Notes: generated from the letters alone by a model not told the origin. A stretch of DNA of 48,528 bases from a bacterium HR24 (GCA_002898715.1 BEIA01000003.1:1-48528), one strand, 5' to 3'. Counted from the first letter of the stretch, positions 27,492-37,780 are shown. Numbers and translations: made by a program.

Positions 27492-28406
27492 CTACCAGCT
27501 ACGCGGCAGGTTGGGGTCGCCGCCCCGCGCCTCGACCTCGTCGGCTGGGCCGAAGCTGCCGTCCTCGCGGCGCATGATCCAGCGCCCGATGTCCCCGGTG
27601 ATGGTCACCTGCCCGCGCGGGTCGATCTCGGTACGGAGCAGCGTGAGCTCCTCCTCGGTGGGCGTCTCCAGGGTCAGGAGCTGGTCGGCCATCTTGGGGC
27701 GGAAGGACATTTCGGCCAGCACCTGCTCCAGCGTCACGAACGGCGAAATGCCTATGAGCCGCAGGTAGCGGTCCTCGTAGTCGAACAGGGCCCAGGGCGT
27801 CAGCACGAGGTACGGGCCGGTGCCGCGGGGCAGGCCGGCACGCTCCCGGGCCCCCTCGGAGCCGTCCAGAAAGCCCGGGGACGAGATGAAGTCCACCCGT
27901 GGCACGAACTTGCGCTTCTGGTGGTCGGTCATGAGGATGGTCCGCCAGCACAGGGAGGCGATGGAGTCGGCACCGCCCGGGCCACCGAAGCGCCGGAACT
28001 CGCCGCTCTCGTAATCGCCCAGCAGCGTAGAGTTAATGTTGCCGTACGGGTCGACTTGCAGCGTGTTCAGGATGCCGTAGTCCATGTACCCCATCTGCGC
28101 ATGGAAGCCGATGCTGTTCATGGTGCCCCACTGCAGGGCGCGATACCCGGCGCGGGAGCTTACCATGGTCATGATGGGATCGAAGGGGAGGACCGGCTCC
28201 GGCGCCAGCACGCCGTCCTCGGTGACGTACACAGCGTTGGGGGCATAGAGTTTCTTGGCCAGCAGGATGCTGGCCATAGGGGAGCCGCCGCCCGCCACCC
28301 AGTAGGTCTTGCCGTCCTCGATGAGGCGGGCCATGAGGCAGATCTGGTGCTCCCGCTCGTTGAAGTAAGAGGCCTTCTCGCCCTTGGCCGTGTGGATCTG
28401 GATCAT
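27492..28406 (-). CDS. Family I CoA-transferase subunit B (GctB-like)
   Basis: VTEDG (candidate catalytic Glu), QVDPYGNINS, GPGGA, KFVPRVDFISSPG. Confidence 0.85.
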   Translation of the reverse strand: MIQIHTAKGEKASYFNEREHQICLMARLIEDGKTYWVAGGGSPMASILLAKKLYAPNAVYVTEDGVLAPEPVLPFDPIMTMVSSRAGYRALQWGTMNSIGFHAQMGYMDYGILNTLQVDPYGNINSTLLGDYESGEFRRFGGPGGADSIASLCWRTILMTDHQKRKFVPRVDFISSPGFLDGSEGARERAGLPRGTGPYLVLTPWALFDYEDRYLRLIGISPFVTLEQVLAEMSFRPKMADQLLTLETPTEEELTLLRTEIDPRGQVTITGDIGRWIMRREDGSFGPADEVEARGGDPNLPRSW

Positions 28407-29392
28407 GGCAGGTACCCCTCCTTTATGGTGGCCCGCTGCACCATTTCCTGCAGCTTCCTCCAGCCCACCAGCTTGTCAAGCATCTCGAAGTGGTCCTGGG
28501 CGCTGTATACCCACTTGTCCAGGTACTGGCGGACGAAGCCCCGCATGGTGGCGCCCACCACCTCCACGACGTGCTCTACGTCGGAGGCGTAGCGGCCGGC
28601 CATCTCGCCCGGGTAGGCGCCGAAGGGCAGGTGCACGACTGCGTCCACACAGTAGTATGGGATGGCGGTGATGCCCGGATTGTTGCGGATCTCCTCCGTG
28701 TCCACTATCTCCTCGGTGGAGATGATGACCTTGCGCGAGGCCAGGGCCGATTCCACGTCGGAGATGCCGGTGCCGAACACACGGGCGTTGCCGTAGATGT
28801 CGGCCTGGTGCACGTGGATGAGGGCCACGTCCGGGTTTAGGGCGGGCACGATGGTAATGGGCTGGCCTGTGTACGGGTCCTTGATGAGCTTGGCGCCGGA
28901 GTACTTGAAGCCGTCGGTGCCGCCGAAGGAGCGCACCGGTATGAAGGGCAGCCCCATAGCGCCGGCCTTGATGCGGTTGGTCATGACCACGTTGGAGTAC
29001 TCGTATATCTTGACGCGACCTTCTTTAACTGCCCGGTCCACCACCGGACCGAAGAGGAAGAAGCCGACGTCCAGTTTGGAGGCGCAGCCCGCCTCCACCA
29101 GCAGCGCCACGTCAACCCAGGTGAACTTGGCGCCGACCCACAGGTCCTTCTTCCCCTGGCGAATGATCTCGCGGATGAGGGCGGCGGGCCCGCGCTGGAT
29201 GTAGTTGCACTCGTAGACGATGTAGTCGCCGTCCTGGACGAAGCGTTCGACGGCCTCTTTCGCGCTCATGAGCTTGGGCACCATGGCCCGCTGCTTGTGG
29301 TCGCGGACCCATTCGCGGAAGCCGTCGGGGTCTACCCGGTGGTACTCTCCCTGGCCTTCGGCCAGCACCTCCAGTTCACGCGCCATGCTCAT
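28403..29392 (-). CDS. Family I CoA-transferase subunit A (GctA-like)
   Basis: EAVERFVQDGD, REIIRQG, AGAMGLPFIP, PDVALIHV..ADIYGN. Confidence 0.87.
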   Translation of the reverse strand: MSMARELEVLAEGQGEYHRVDPDGFREWVRDHKQRAMVPKLMSAKEAVERFVQDGDYIVYECNYIQRGPAALIREIIRQGKKDLWVGAKFTWVDVALLVEAGCASKLDVGFFLFGPVVDRAVKEGRVKIYEYSNVVMTNRIKAGAMGLPFIPVRSFGGTDGFKYSGAKLIKDPYTGQPITIVPALNPDVALIHVHQADIYGNARVFGTGISDVESALASRKVIISTEEIVDTEEIRNNPGITAIPYYCVDAVVHLPFGAYPGEMAGRYASDVEHVVEVVGATMRGFVRQYLDKWVYSAQDHFEMLDKLVGWRKLQEMVQRATIKEGYLP

Positions 29393-29551
29393 CCCCCTTC
29401 GCGTCTGGTTGGGAGGGTAGGGGCCGCTCCGCGGAGCGTACGCTGACGTGATAACGGTGCGGGAGCCGGGCGCGAGGACAGCGCAGGTGCGAAGCCCTTC
29501 TCTGCTCCACTGGTCTGGCCCCCGGCCGGGCCACCGGCCCAGCCCTCAAGT

Positions 29552-29580
29552 ATCATGGGTCAGGCCGGAAGGGCTGTCAA
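29552..29580 (-). promoter_or_regulatory. sigma70-type promoter of the CoA-transferase pair
   Basis: Minus-strand TTGACA-N17-CATGAT. Confidence 0.55.
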
Positions 29581-29599
29581 TAGCGGTGCTAGCTCAAGC

Positions 29600-29851
29600 T
29601 CAGAAGCCGCCCGCCGGGCCGCTGCCGGCGTCGAGCCCCAGCCTGAACCGGACCTGCCCCCACACTGCCTGCTGGCGCGCTGCCGCCACGTGGCGGAGGT
29701 ACCGGGACAGTCGGTAGCGAAGGCGCGCCACCTCCAGGAGGTCGGACAGCTCGTCGTCCTCCCCCAGCGACGGTTCTTCGCCCCGCAGCAACTGCCCGAT
29801 AGCCTCGTCCAGCAGGCGCGCCCGTGCTGTCTCTTCTCTCGGCACTGCCAT
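29600..29851 (-). CDS. Small helical hypothetical protein (83 aa)
   Basis: GC3-rich ORF (LLDEAIGQLLRGEEP..ELSDLLEVARLR) with a candidate promoter upstream. Confidence 0.6.
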   Translation of the reverse strand: MAVPREETARARLLDEAIGQLLRGEEPSLGEDDELSDLLEVARLRYRLSRYLRHVAAARQQAVWGQVRFRLGLDAGSGPAGGF

Positions 29852-29912
29852 CGCTATCGTCCCTGCCCTGACCGGCCCCCCGCCATAGCTGATGCTCCGG
29901 GCGGTCACGGAC

Positions 29913-29941
29913 ATTGTACCCAGTTTGGTGGCCAAGGCCAA
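29913..29941 (-). promoter_or_regulatory. Candidate promoter for the 83-aa ORF
   Basis: Minus-strand TTGGCC-N17-TACAAT. Confidence 0.45.
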
Positions 29942-30019
29942 CAGCGCCGCTCGACCAATATGTCGTTCTGCTGACATCTTCTCTACTTCCTCTCCTGGCC
30001 TGCGCCCTGGGCCCGGTCA

Positions 30020-31282
30020 TTAGCCCTCGTAGGCCTGGGCCAGTAGCTCGACGACGTGAGCAACGCGGACCGGCATCCGCCACAGCCGCACGCCAGCCTG
30101 CAGTTGCAGCATGCAACCCGGGTTGGCCGTGGCGATCACCTGAGCGTCGGTGGAGGCTGCCTGCTGCATGCGCTCGGACAGGAGCACATGAGCCAGTCCC
30201 GGATGGGAGAGGGAGTAGACGCCAGCGCTGCCACAGCACCTGTCCGGATGCTCCATCTCTATAAGAGCCAGGTGGGGCACCCGCCGTAACAGCCGCCTGG
30301 GCGCCTCGCGCACCCTCTGGGCGTGGGCCAGGTGGCAGGGGTCCTGGTAGGTCACTCGCAGGGGCAGCGGGCGCGTCGGCGGGGGCAGGTTGGCCTCGTC
30401 CAGGAACTCAGTGACGTCTCGCACCAGAGACGAGAAGAGCCGTGCCTTGGCGGCGTAGGCCGGGTCGTGCGCGAGAAGGTGAGCGTATTCCTTCATCAGC
30501 GCGCCGCAGCCGGCGGCGTTCACCACAACGGCGTCCACTCCCACGGCCAGGAAGGCGTCGATATTGCGCCTGGCCAGCGCCAGGGCCATGTCCATATCGC
30601 CGCTGTGAGCGAAGAGGGCGCCGCAGCAGGCCTGCCCGGCCGGCGAGACCACCTCGCAGCCGGCCAGCGCCAGCAGGCGCACGGTGGCGCGGTGTACCGC
30701 CGGGAACAGGGCCGGCATCACGCACCCCAGCAGCAGCCCGACCCTTCGGGAGGGGCGAGGGGGCCGGGCCAGCACGCCGTGCCGACGATAGGGCCTTGCT
30801 TCCGGACGCGGCGTCGATGCGGCCAGCAGGCGCAGCGGCGGTGGCAAGCGGCCCGCCAGCCGGTGGGCCAGAGGGGCGATGGGGGACGCCGCGGCGATGG
30901 CGGCGTCAGCCAGCGGCGAGCGCGCCAGGAACAGGCGCAGCAGGGCCTGCCGAACCCGCCAGGACAGGGGGGCGCTGCGTCTTTTGGTCACCATCGCCCG
31001 GGCCGATTCCATGATGCGACCGAAAGGCACTCCTGAGGGGCAGACTGCCTCGCAGTTGCGGCACTGGAGGCACAGCTCCAGGTGCTCCAGTGCGACGGGC
31101 GTGGGGCCGATCCGTCCCTCTACCAGGGAGCGGATGATGTGTATCCGACCACGGGGGGAATCGGGCTCGAGCCGGAGCACACGGTAGGTGGGGCAGCTCT
31201 GCAGGCAGAGGCCACAGTGGACGCAGCGGGACAGGTCAGCCTCGCTGGGCAGGAAGGGCGGCGCCGGAGGCCCGTCGGTCAT
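30020..31282 (-). CDS. glcF: Glycolate oxidase Fe-S subunit
   Basis: CVHCGLCLQSCPT, CLQCRNCEAVCPS, two CCG domains, DPCHL, NPGC. Confidence 0.9.
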   Translation of the reverse strand: MTDGPPAPPFLPSEADLSRCVHCGLCLQSCPTYRVLRLEPDSPRGRIHIIRSLVEGRIGPTPVALEHLELCLQCRNCEAVCPSGVPFGRIMESARAMVTKRRSAPLSWRVRQALLRLFLARSPLADAAIAAASPIAPLAHRLAGRLPPPLRLLAASTPRPEARPYRRHGVLARPPRPSRRVGLLLGCVMPALFPAVHRATVRLLALAGCEVVSPAGQACCGALFAHSGDMDMALALARRNIDAFLAVGVDAVVVNAAGCGALMKEYAHLLAHDPAYAAKARLFSSLVRDVTEFLDEANLPPPTRPLPLRVTYQDPCHLAHAQRVREAPRRLLRRVPHLALIEMEHPDRCCGSAGVYSLSHPGLAHVLLSERMQQAASTDAQVIATANPGCMLQLQAGVRLWRMPVRVAHVVELLAQAYEG

Positions 31283-32535
31283 ATCCCGGCCACCATTCTC
31301 CCTGGGGCGAGGACGCCTGCGGGGTCCCAGGCCTCCTTCACACGCCGCATCAGGGCGGCGGAAGGCGGCGGCGGGCCCCACACGTCAACGAGCGGGGCGC
31401 CGGCCGCGAGCCAGGGCCAGGAGTGGACGACCCCCGTCCCTCCGACGGCCCGTGCGACGGCCAGCGCCTGCCCCACCACGGCCCGGGCGTCCGCCCCCTC
31501 CGGCCAGCGGGCGTAAATATGGCCGACAGTGGGGAATGCCACCACCAGGGTGGGGCCCAGGGCCTCGAGCGACGCCAGCGCCTCAGCCAGCCGCGACGGC
31601 AGTACCGTTAGTCGCACCGTCAGGTGCCGGGACGCCACGGGCGAGGCCAGCGCCTCCTGCCAGAAGGGCTCCGAGCCGGCCTCTCGACCGCCTTGCGCCA
31701 CGGCCAGCTCCGTCGCCTCGCGCTGGCTGCGGGCCACCGCGCCCGGGCTCCCGCCGAGATCGACGAGCAGTTCGTACTGCCCGCCCTGTGTTTGCAGGGC
31801 CATGCCCGTGACCGCCAGGCCGCGGCGCCATAGCTCCCGCGCTGTCTGGCAGGCGGGCCCTGGCCCCGGGAACGAAAAGGCGAGACCGGCGCTGGCCCGC
31901 GGCAGAGGCAGGAGCTTGAACGTGGCCTCGACGATGATGGCGAGGGTGCCCAGGGACCCGATGTACAGCTTGCACAGGTCGTAGCCGGCCACGTTCTTGA
32001 CCACCTTGCCCCCTGCCCTGGTGATACGGCCATCGGCCAGTACCACCCTCATGCCGATGGTGAAGTCCCGCGGGTGGCCCCAGGCGTATCGGCGCGGGCC
32101 GGCGATGGCCGTAGCCAGGGTACCCCCGACGGTAGCGCGCTCTGGCCAGGGCGGGTCCAGTCCCACGGTCTGCCCGGCGGCCGCCAGACGGGAGCGCAGG
32201 TCGCCTATGGCAATGCCGGCCTCCACCGTGCAGGTCAGGTCGGCTGGCTCGTGCTCCAGGACGCGGTCGAGGTGCCTCATGTCGACGGCGAGGTCGTAGC
32301 GGCGGGGAGGATTGCCCAGGCCCATCATGGTGCCGCCGCCCCAGGGCAGCACGGCCAGCCCCCGGGCATGGGCGAGGCGCATCACCGCGGCTAGCTGCTC
32401 CACCGTAGCTGGGCGGACGGCGGCCGTGGGCGCGAGGCCAGCGACGGCATAGGCGGCGGCACCCTCCCCCGTGAGCACCGCTTCGGGGCCGAGGATGTCC
32501 GCCAGGGCGGCTTCCAGGGCAGCAGCCAGGCCCAA
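31279..32535 (-). CDS. glcE: Glycolate oxidase FAD-binding subunit E-like
   Basis: EPADLTCTVEAG, ATVGG, GGKVVKNVAGYDLCKL, WDPAGVLAPGR. Confidence 0.88.
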   Translation of the reverse strand: MGLAAALEAALADILGPEAVLTGEGAAAYAVAGLAPTAAVRPATVEQLAAVMRLAHARGLAVLPWGGGTMMGLGNPPRRYDLAVDMRHLDRVLEHEPADLTCTVEAGIAIGDLRSRLAAAGQTVGLDPPWPERATVGGTLATAIAGPRRYAWGHPRDFTIGMRVVLADGRITRAGGKVVKNVAGYDLCKLYIGSLGTLAIIVEATFKLLPLPRASAGLAFSFPGPGPACQTARELWRRGLAVTGMALQTQGGQYELLVDLGGSPGAVARSQREATELAVAQGGREAGSEPFWQEALASPVASRHLTVRLTVLPSRLAEALASLEALGPTLVVAFPTVGHIYARWPEGADARAVVGQALAVARAVGGTGVVHSWPWLAAGAPLVDVWGPPPPSAALMRRVKEAWDPAGVLAPGRMVAGI

Positions 32536-32545
32536 TCCCGCTCCC

Positions 32546-33991
32546 CTAGACGTAGGCGTCAGGTCCCAGCTTGGCGATGGCCGAGCGCATGCGCGACGAA
32601 ACCTCCCCGCAGCCCTTGTGGGTGGGGAACACCTTGCCCGGGTTGAACGCGTCGCCGGCGCCGAAGGCCCGCTTCAGCGCGGCCATGGTGGCCAGGTCGT
32701 CGTCGGAGAACGTCCAGCGCATGTAGTCCCGCTTCTCGTAGCCGACACCGTGCTCGCCAGTGATGGAGCCTCCTGCCTCCACGCAGACGCGCAGGATCTC
32801 CTCGCCGCAGTCCAGGACGCGGCGGGCAGCCCCGGGTTCGCGCTCGTCGAACAAGATGTTGGGGTGGAGGTTGCCGTCGCCGGCGTGGAACACATTGGCC
32901 ACGTGCAGGCCGAAGTGGTCGCAAATCTCGTAGACGCGACGCATGACGTGGGGCAACCGCGTCCTGGGTACCACGCCGTCCAGAATGTAGTACGAGGGTG
33001 CGAGGCGGCCCAGGGCCCCCAGGGCGGCTTTGCGACCGGCCCACAGCCTCTCCCGCTCCTCGGGAGTGAAGCCCATGCGTATCTCGCGGGCGGCGAGCTC
33101 CGCGCAGATGCCGCGCACCGCTTCCGCCTGCTCCTCGGCCTCTTCCCGCAGCCCCTCCACTTCGATGAGGAGTACAGCGCCGGCATCGGGCGGGTATCCT
33201 GCCTGGACGTACGGCTCCACCGCCAGCATGGTGTTCCGGTCCAGCATCTCCAGGGCTGCAGGGACGATGCCATGGGCGATGACGGACGAGACGGCCTCGC
33301 AGGCCGCGTCCACGCCGTCGAAGATAGCGAGGATGGTGACGGTGGTCTCCGGCCGGGGCAGGAGGCGCAGCACCACCTTGGTGACGATGCCCAGGGTGCC
33401 TTCGGAGCCCACCACCACGCCCACCAGGTCGTAGCCGGGGGAGTCGGCAGTCTTGCCCCCCAGCCATACCAGTTCGCCCTCCGCGGTCACCAGCTCCAGT
33501 CCCAGCACATGGTTGGTGGTGGTGCCGTACCGGAGGCAGTGGGGGCCTCCGGCGTTCTCGGCCACGTTGCCGCCAATGGTGCATGCCTTCTGGCTGGACG
33601 GGTCCGGCGCATAGTACAGGCCGAAAGGAGCGGCGGCCAGGGAGACCTCCAGGTTCACCACGCCCGGCTCCACCACGGCGACGGCGTTCTCCGGGTCGAT
33701 CTCCAGGATGCGATGCAAGCGGCTGGTGGCCAGGACGATGCCGCCCTCGCAGGGGACGGCGCCTCCCGACAGCCCGGTGCCGGCGCCGCGGGGCGTCACG
33801 GGCACGCCATAGCCCCGGGCGAGCCTGACCACGGCCGCCACTTCCTCGGCCGAGCCGGGCAGGACGACCGCCTCGGGCAGGGCGCGCTCGATAGTGGCGT
33901 CATACTCGTAGACGACGAGCTCCTCCGGCCGGTGGAGGACGTATCGCGGCCCCACTATGCGCTTCAGTTCGCTGAGCAGGCGCGCGTTCAC
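32546..33991 (-). CDS. glcD: Glycolate oxidase FAD subunit D
   Basis: RGAGTGLSGG, YAPDPSSQ, ENAGGPHCLRYG, GSEGTLG, HAGDGNLHP, GEHGVG. Confidence 0.92.
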   Translation of the reverse strand: MNARLLSELKRIVGPRYVLHRPEELVVYEYDATIERALPEAVVLPGSAEEVAAVVRLARGYGVPVTPRGAGTGLSGGAVPCEGGIVLATSRLHRILEIDPENAVAVVEPGVVNLEVSLAAAPFGLYYAPDPSSQKACTIGGNVAENAGGPHCLRYGTTTNHVLGLELVTAEGELVWLGGKTADSPGYDLVGVVVGSEGTLGIVTKVVLRLLPRPETTVTILAIFDGVDAACEAVSSVIAHGIVPAALEMLDRNTMLAVEPYVQAGYPPDAGAVLLIEVEGLREEAEEQAEAVRGICAELAAREIRMGFTPEERERLWAGRKAALGALGRLAPSYYILDGVVPRTRLPHVMRRVYEICDHFGLHVANVFHAGDGNLHPNILFDEREPGAARRVLDCGEEILRVCVEAGGSITGEHGVGYEKRDYMRWTFSDDDLATMAALKRAFGAGDAFNPGKVFPTHKGCGEVSSRMRSAIAKLGPDAYV

Positions 33992-33997
33992 ACCCCA

Positions 33998-34006
33998 AGT
34001 CTATCA
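33998..34006 (-). promoter_or_regulatory. Extended -10 element implying a leaderless glcD transcript
   Basis: Minus-strand TG-a-TAGACT, 6 nt before the GTG start. Confidence 0.5.
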
Positions 34007-34062
34007 CTGGCGTGGCAAAGGTGGATATGATGGGGCCGACTCCAAGGCGCGAGGAGGGCGAG

Positions 34063-34980
34063 ATGCAGTTCGGCGTGCACCTGCCCCAGATCGGCGTAGC
34101 CTGGCCAGGAGCGGAGATAGCGCGGTTCGCCCGGGCAGTGGAGGAGATGGGCTTCGACGCCGTGTGGGCCAGCGACCACATCGTCTTCCCGCTCAATGTG
34201 CGCTCCCGCTACCCGTATGCCGAGTCGGGCGACTTCCCCTTGTCGCCGGCGGCCCCCTGGCTGGAGGCCGTGACTACCCTGGCCTTCGTGGCCGGCGCCA
34301 CGTCCAGGGTCCTGCTGGGGACCACCGTACTGGTGCTGCCCTACCGCCCTCCGGTGCTCAATGCCAAGATGCTGGGCACGCTGCAGGTGCTGTCGGGCGG
34401 GCGGCTGGTGCTGGGGGTGGGGGCTGGCTGGATGGCAGAGGAGGCTATGGCCCTGGACATGCCGTGGGACGACCGCGGCCGCCGCACCGATGAGCACATT
34501 CAGGTGCTGCGGGTCCTGTGGGGGCAGGAAGACCCCCGCTTCGAAGGCCGGTACTATCGTGTGGCCGGTGTCCGCTGCGAGCCCCGCCCCTCCGTCATGC
34601 CTCCCATCTGGGTGGGTGGCCACGGGATGGCCTCCCTGCGCAGGGCCGCTCGCCTGGGCGACGGCTGGCATGCCGTCGGTCTTCCTCCCGATGAGCTGGC
34701 GGAGTCCTGGCGCAGGGTGCAGGACATGGCGCGGGAATGTGGCCGCGATCCCGCTGCCCTCGTTCTTTCGGTGCGCTGCCTGCTCCGCTTTCGGGACAAG
34801 CCCCGGCCCGACGACCGCCCGCTGGCCGGCACGCCCGAGCAAATAGTCCGCTGGCTGGAGGAGTACCGCCGCATCGGCGTGGGGCATGTCCTGCTGGAGC
34901 CACCGCTGAGGCCTGGCCCCGAGGTAGCCCTGTCGGTTCTGGAGCGCTTCGCCAGGGAGGTGCGGGGCCGACTGGCCTGA
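34063..34980 (+). CDS. LLM-class, probably F420-dependent, oxidoreductase
   Basis: GFDAVWASDHIV, LGTTVLVLPYR, GRLVLGVGAGW, PIWVGG, GDGW. Confidence 0.9.
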   Translation: MQFGVHLPQIGVAWPGAEIARFARAVEEMGFDAVWASDHIVFPLNVRSRYPYAESGDFPLSPAAPWLEAVTTLAFVAGATSRVLLGTTVLVLPYRPPVLNAKMLGTLQVLSGGRLVLGVGAGWMAEEAMALDMPWDDRGRRTDEHIQVLRVLWGQEDPRFEGRYYRVAGVRCEPRPSVMPPIWVGGHGMASLRRAARLGDGWHAVGLPPDELAESWRRVQDMARECGRDPAALVLSVRCLLRFRDKPRPDDRPLAGTPEQIVRWLEEYRRIGVGHVLLEPPLRPGPEVALSVLERFAREVRGRLA

Positions 34981-34986
34981 ATCGGC

Positions 34987-36474
34987 TCAGCCCCCGTCCC
35001 GGGCCCACTCTCGGGCCCGCTCCACCGCTCGCTGCCAGCCGGCGTAAAGGCGGTCGCGCTCGGCGGGCGTCAGGGCGGGCGCGAAGCGGGCCTCCTCCCG
35101 CCACAGGCGCGCGATGTCCTCGCTGCCTTTCCACAGCCCTGCGGCTACGCCGGCCATCAGGGCCACTCCCAGGGCGGTGGTCTCCACCACCCTGGGCCGG
35201 ACCACCGGCTTGCCGAGGATGTCGGCCTGGAGCTGGAGCAGCAGGTCGTCGCGGGCTGCGCCCCCGTCCACTCGCAACTCGGGCAGCGGAAGTCCCGCGC
35301 CCGCTTCCATCGCCTCCACCACGTCCCGCGTCTGGAAGGCCATGGCCTCCAGCACAGCGCGAGCGACGTGGGCCCGATTGGTGCCCCGCGTAAGGCCGAT
35401 GATCAGGCCGCGGGCGCTGGGATCCCAGTAGGGAGAGCCCAGGCCAGCGAGGGCGGGAACGACGTACACGCCGCCGTTGTCCGGCACCTGGCGCGCCAGC
35501 GCTTCTACCTCGTCCGACGAGTCTATGATGCCCAGGCCATCGCGTAGCCACTGGACCATGGCACCAGAGATGAAGTTGGAGCCCTCCAGCGCGTAGGTCA
35601 CTTCATCGCCGAGTTGCCAGGCGACGGTGGTGATGAGCCCGGGAGCGTAGGCAGGGCTGCGACCGGCGTTCGTCAACAGGAAGGAGCCGGTGCCGTAGGT
35701 GTTCTTGGCCATTCCTGGCTGGAGGCACGCCTGCCCGAAAAGGGCAGCCTGCTGGTCGCCCAGCACCGCCAGCACGGGTATCGGGGCGCCGAAGTGCTCG
35801 GCCCTCGTCTCGCCGAAGTAGCCGCAGGACGGCAGCACCTCCGGCAACGGGGCCGCGGGGACGCCCAGGAGCGCCAGCAACTCTTCGTCCCAGCGCAGCC
35901 GCTGAATGTCGAGCATGAGGGTGCGGGAGGCGTTGGAGGGGTCAGTCGCGTGGCGGCCAGTCAGGCGGTAGACGAGCCACGAGTCCACGGTACCGAAGCG
36001 CAGTTCGCCACGGGCGGCGAGCTGTCGCCGAGATGGGTCCTGGTCCAGTAGCCAGCGCAGCTTGGTGCCCGAGAAGTAAGGGTCCAGCACCAGGCCCGTG
36101 CGCTGCCGAAAGAGAGGCTCGAGACCCTCCTCTCTGAGGCGCTGGCACATGGAGGCGGTGCGCCTGTCCTGCCAGACGATGGCGTTGGCCACGGGATGCC
36201 CGTCTCTGTCCCACAACAGCGTGGTCTCCCTCTGGTTGGCGATGCCGATGGCCGCTACCTGCCGCGGTCTCGCCCCGGCGTGAGCCAACGCTTCACGGGC
36301 GGCGGCGAGCTGCGATTGCCAGATCTCCTCCGGGTCGTGCTCCACCCAACCGGGCTGGGGGAAGTGCTGGGTGAAGGGCACCTGCGCCCAGGCCACCGGC
36401 CGGGCCTCCGAGTCGAACAGGAAGGCGCGGGAACTGGAGGTGCCCTGGTCCAGAGCCAGCACGAACTCCGCCAT
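34987..36474 (-). CDS. glpK: Glycerol kinase
   Basis: [58 protein letters not shown]. Confidence 0.96.
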   Translation of the reverse strand: MAEFVLALDQGTSSSRAFLFDSEARPVAWAQVPFTQHFPQPGWVEHDPEEIWQSQLAAAREALAHAGARPRQVAAIGIANQRETTLLWDRDGHPVANAIVWQDRRTASMCQRLREEGLEPLFRQRTGLVLDPYFSGTKLRWLLDQDPSRRQLAARGELRFGTVDSWLVYRLTGRHATDPSNASRTLMLDIQRLRWDEELLALLGVPAAPLPEVLPSCGYFGETRAEHFGAPIPVLAVLGDQQAALFGQACLQPGMAKNTYGTGSFLLTNAGRSPAYAPGLITTVAWQLGDEVTYALEGSNFISGAMVQWLRDGLGIIDSSDEVEALARQVPDNGGVYVVPALAGLGSPYWDPSARGLIIGLTRGTNRAHVARAVLEAMAFQTRDVVEAMEAGAGLPLPELRVDGGAARDDLLLQLQADILGKPVVRPRVVETTALGVALMAGVAAGLWKGSEDIARLWREEARFAPALTPAERDRLYAGWQRAVERAREWARDGG

Positions 36475-36537
36475 ACTGTCGCCAGCATAGGCTAGCCGCT
36501 GCGCGGGTCTCAAGGGCCAGTGCTACCATGCTCTGGG

Positions 36538-36840
36538 ATGGCTCTGAAGTTCCTGGAAGAGTACCTGCGTCGAGAACTGGAACGCATCGGCCGTGCCGAC
36601 CTGATGGCGGGAGCGGTAGGGGGCATCGGCTTCACCGACGACGGCTCTACCATCTACGTGCACCTGTTCCCGGGGCCCGCGGCGGCGCGGCGGCCTGGCC
36701 GCGCCTACGTCCTCGCCTGGCAGGACTACGCCGAAGACCCTTCGCAGCGACTGGACTGTTTCCGCTGGCTGGTCAGAGAGGCGAAGCTCAACATCCGCGA
36801 CCACGTACACGACATCGTGCGCTGGCTGGAAGCGCGGTGA
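36538..36840 (+). CDS. Hypothetical protein (100 aa)
   Basis: Fills the gap divergent from glpK; GC3-rich codons; TG-c-TACCAT 8 nt upstream. Confidence 0.7.
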   Translation: MALKFLEEYLRRELERIGRADLMAGAVGGIGFTDDGSTIYVHLFPGPAAARRPGRAYVLAWQDYAEDPSQRLDCFRWLVREAKLNIRDHVHDIVRWLEAR

Positions 36841-36888
36841 GACAGGGCCAGTCCACCCGCGCTGCGGGGGCCGCGTTCCAGAGAGGCC

Positions 36889-37614
36889 TTACTTGTCCCG
36901 AAGGGCCTCGACAATGTGTCGTATGGTTCCGTCATCGAGCGCCTGCGGCAGAGAGCGGAGGTGCTCCATCGCCTGGCGTGGTCCCAGATGCCCGTAGAAT
37001 ATCGGCATCCCCAAGTCTTCTTCCGCGCTTTCGCGGGTGCGTTCCAGCTTCTGCGTCCCGACCATGATCACCAACGGCATCACCGGCGCCTCGATCCCCT
37101 CCGCGTGCAGGCGTCGGCGGATAGCGGCTGCCCCTCGGGATGCCTGATTGACAGGTGATTCCCTTTTCTGCCATTTCCTCGTGTCTGCCCGCCATACCCA
37201 GGCTTCCTTGATGCCCAGCTTTACCCAGTGCCCCCAGTGTTTGACCTCTATGGGGCAGACGCCGCCAGGTCCGATGGCCAGCAGGTCCACCTCTGCCCAG
37301 GAGTTACCATCTCTCAGGACTACAGAGCGGGAAACGGTCCACCGCCAGCCCAGGCGGCCCAGCATTTCGCCTACGCGAAGCTCGCCTGCATTGCCGCGCT
37401 GTTTTTCCATGCCGCGCGTATACCGCAGGTAGGCCCACAAGGCAGGGCGGAGCCAGGGGGCCAATGCTGAGGGTAGCCTCCCTTCTGCCCTCTGCAGCGT
37501 TTTGCGGTCGTCCTCAATGCCTATCTCATGGACAAGGCGATGAAATTCCTTACGGCTTTGAGGAGTGAGGTCGACCCGGCGCGGGACATCGAGCAGCTTG
37601 CGCACCAACTCCAT
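36889..37614 (-). CDS. NERD (nuclease-related) domain protein
   Basis: GNAGE..AEVDLLAIGPGGVCPIEVKHW..SPVNQA. ATG 37614 follows GGAGG. Confidence 0.82.
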   Translation of the reverse strand: MELVRKLLDVPRRVDLTPQSRKEFHRLVHEIGIEDDRKTLQRAEGRLPSALAPWLRPALWAYLRYTRGMEKQRGNAGELRVGEMLGRLGWRWTVSRSVVLRDGNSWAEVDLLAIGPGGVCPIEVKHWGHWVKLGIKEAWVWRADTRKWQKRESPVNQASRGAAAIRRRLHAEGIEAPVMPLVIMVGTQKLERTRESAEEDLGMPIFYGHLGPRQAMEHLRSLPQALDDGTIRHIVEALRDK

Positions 37615-37780
37615 CCGTGCCCTCCCTGATATGGTGACCACTAGTATGGAATCGCGCCGACTGCCCTGGCGTTACACCGGCTGGGGCGGTCAGACACACG
37701 GAGCATCGGGTGGCCGGCAGGAATTCTGGCTGGGCTTGCTTTGACTGGCCGTGCGGTATAATGGCCCCACAATCCTTGAG

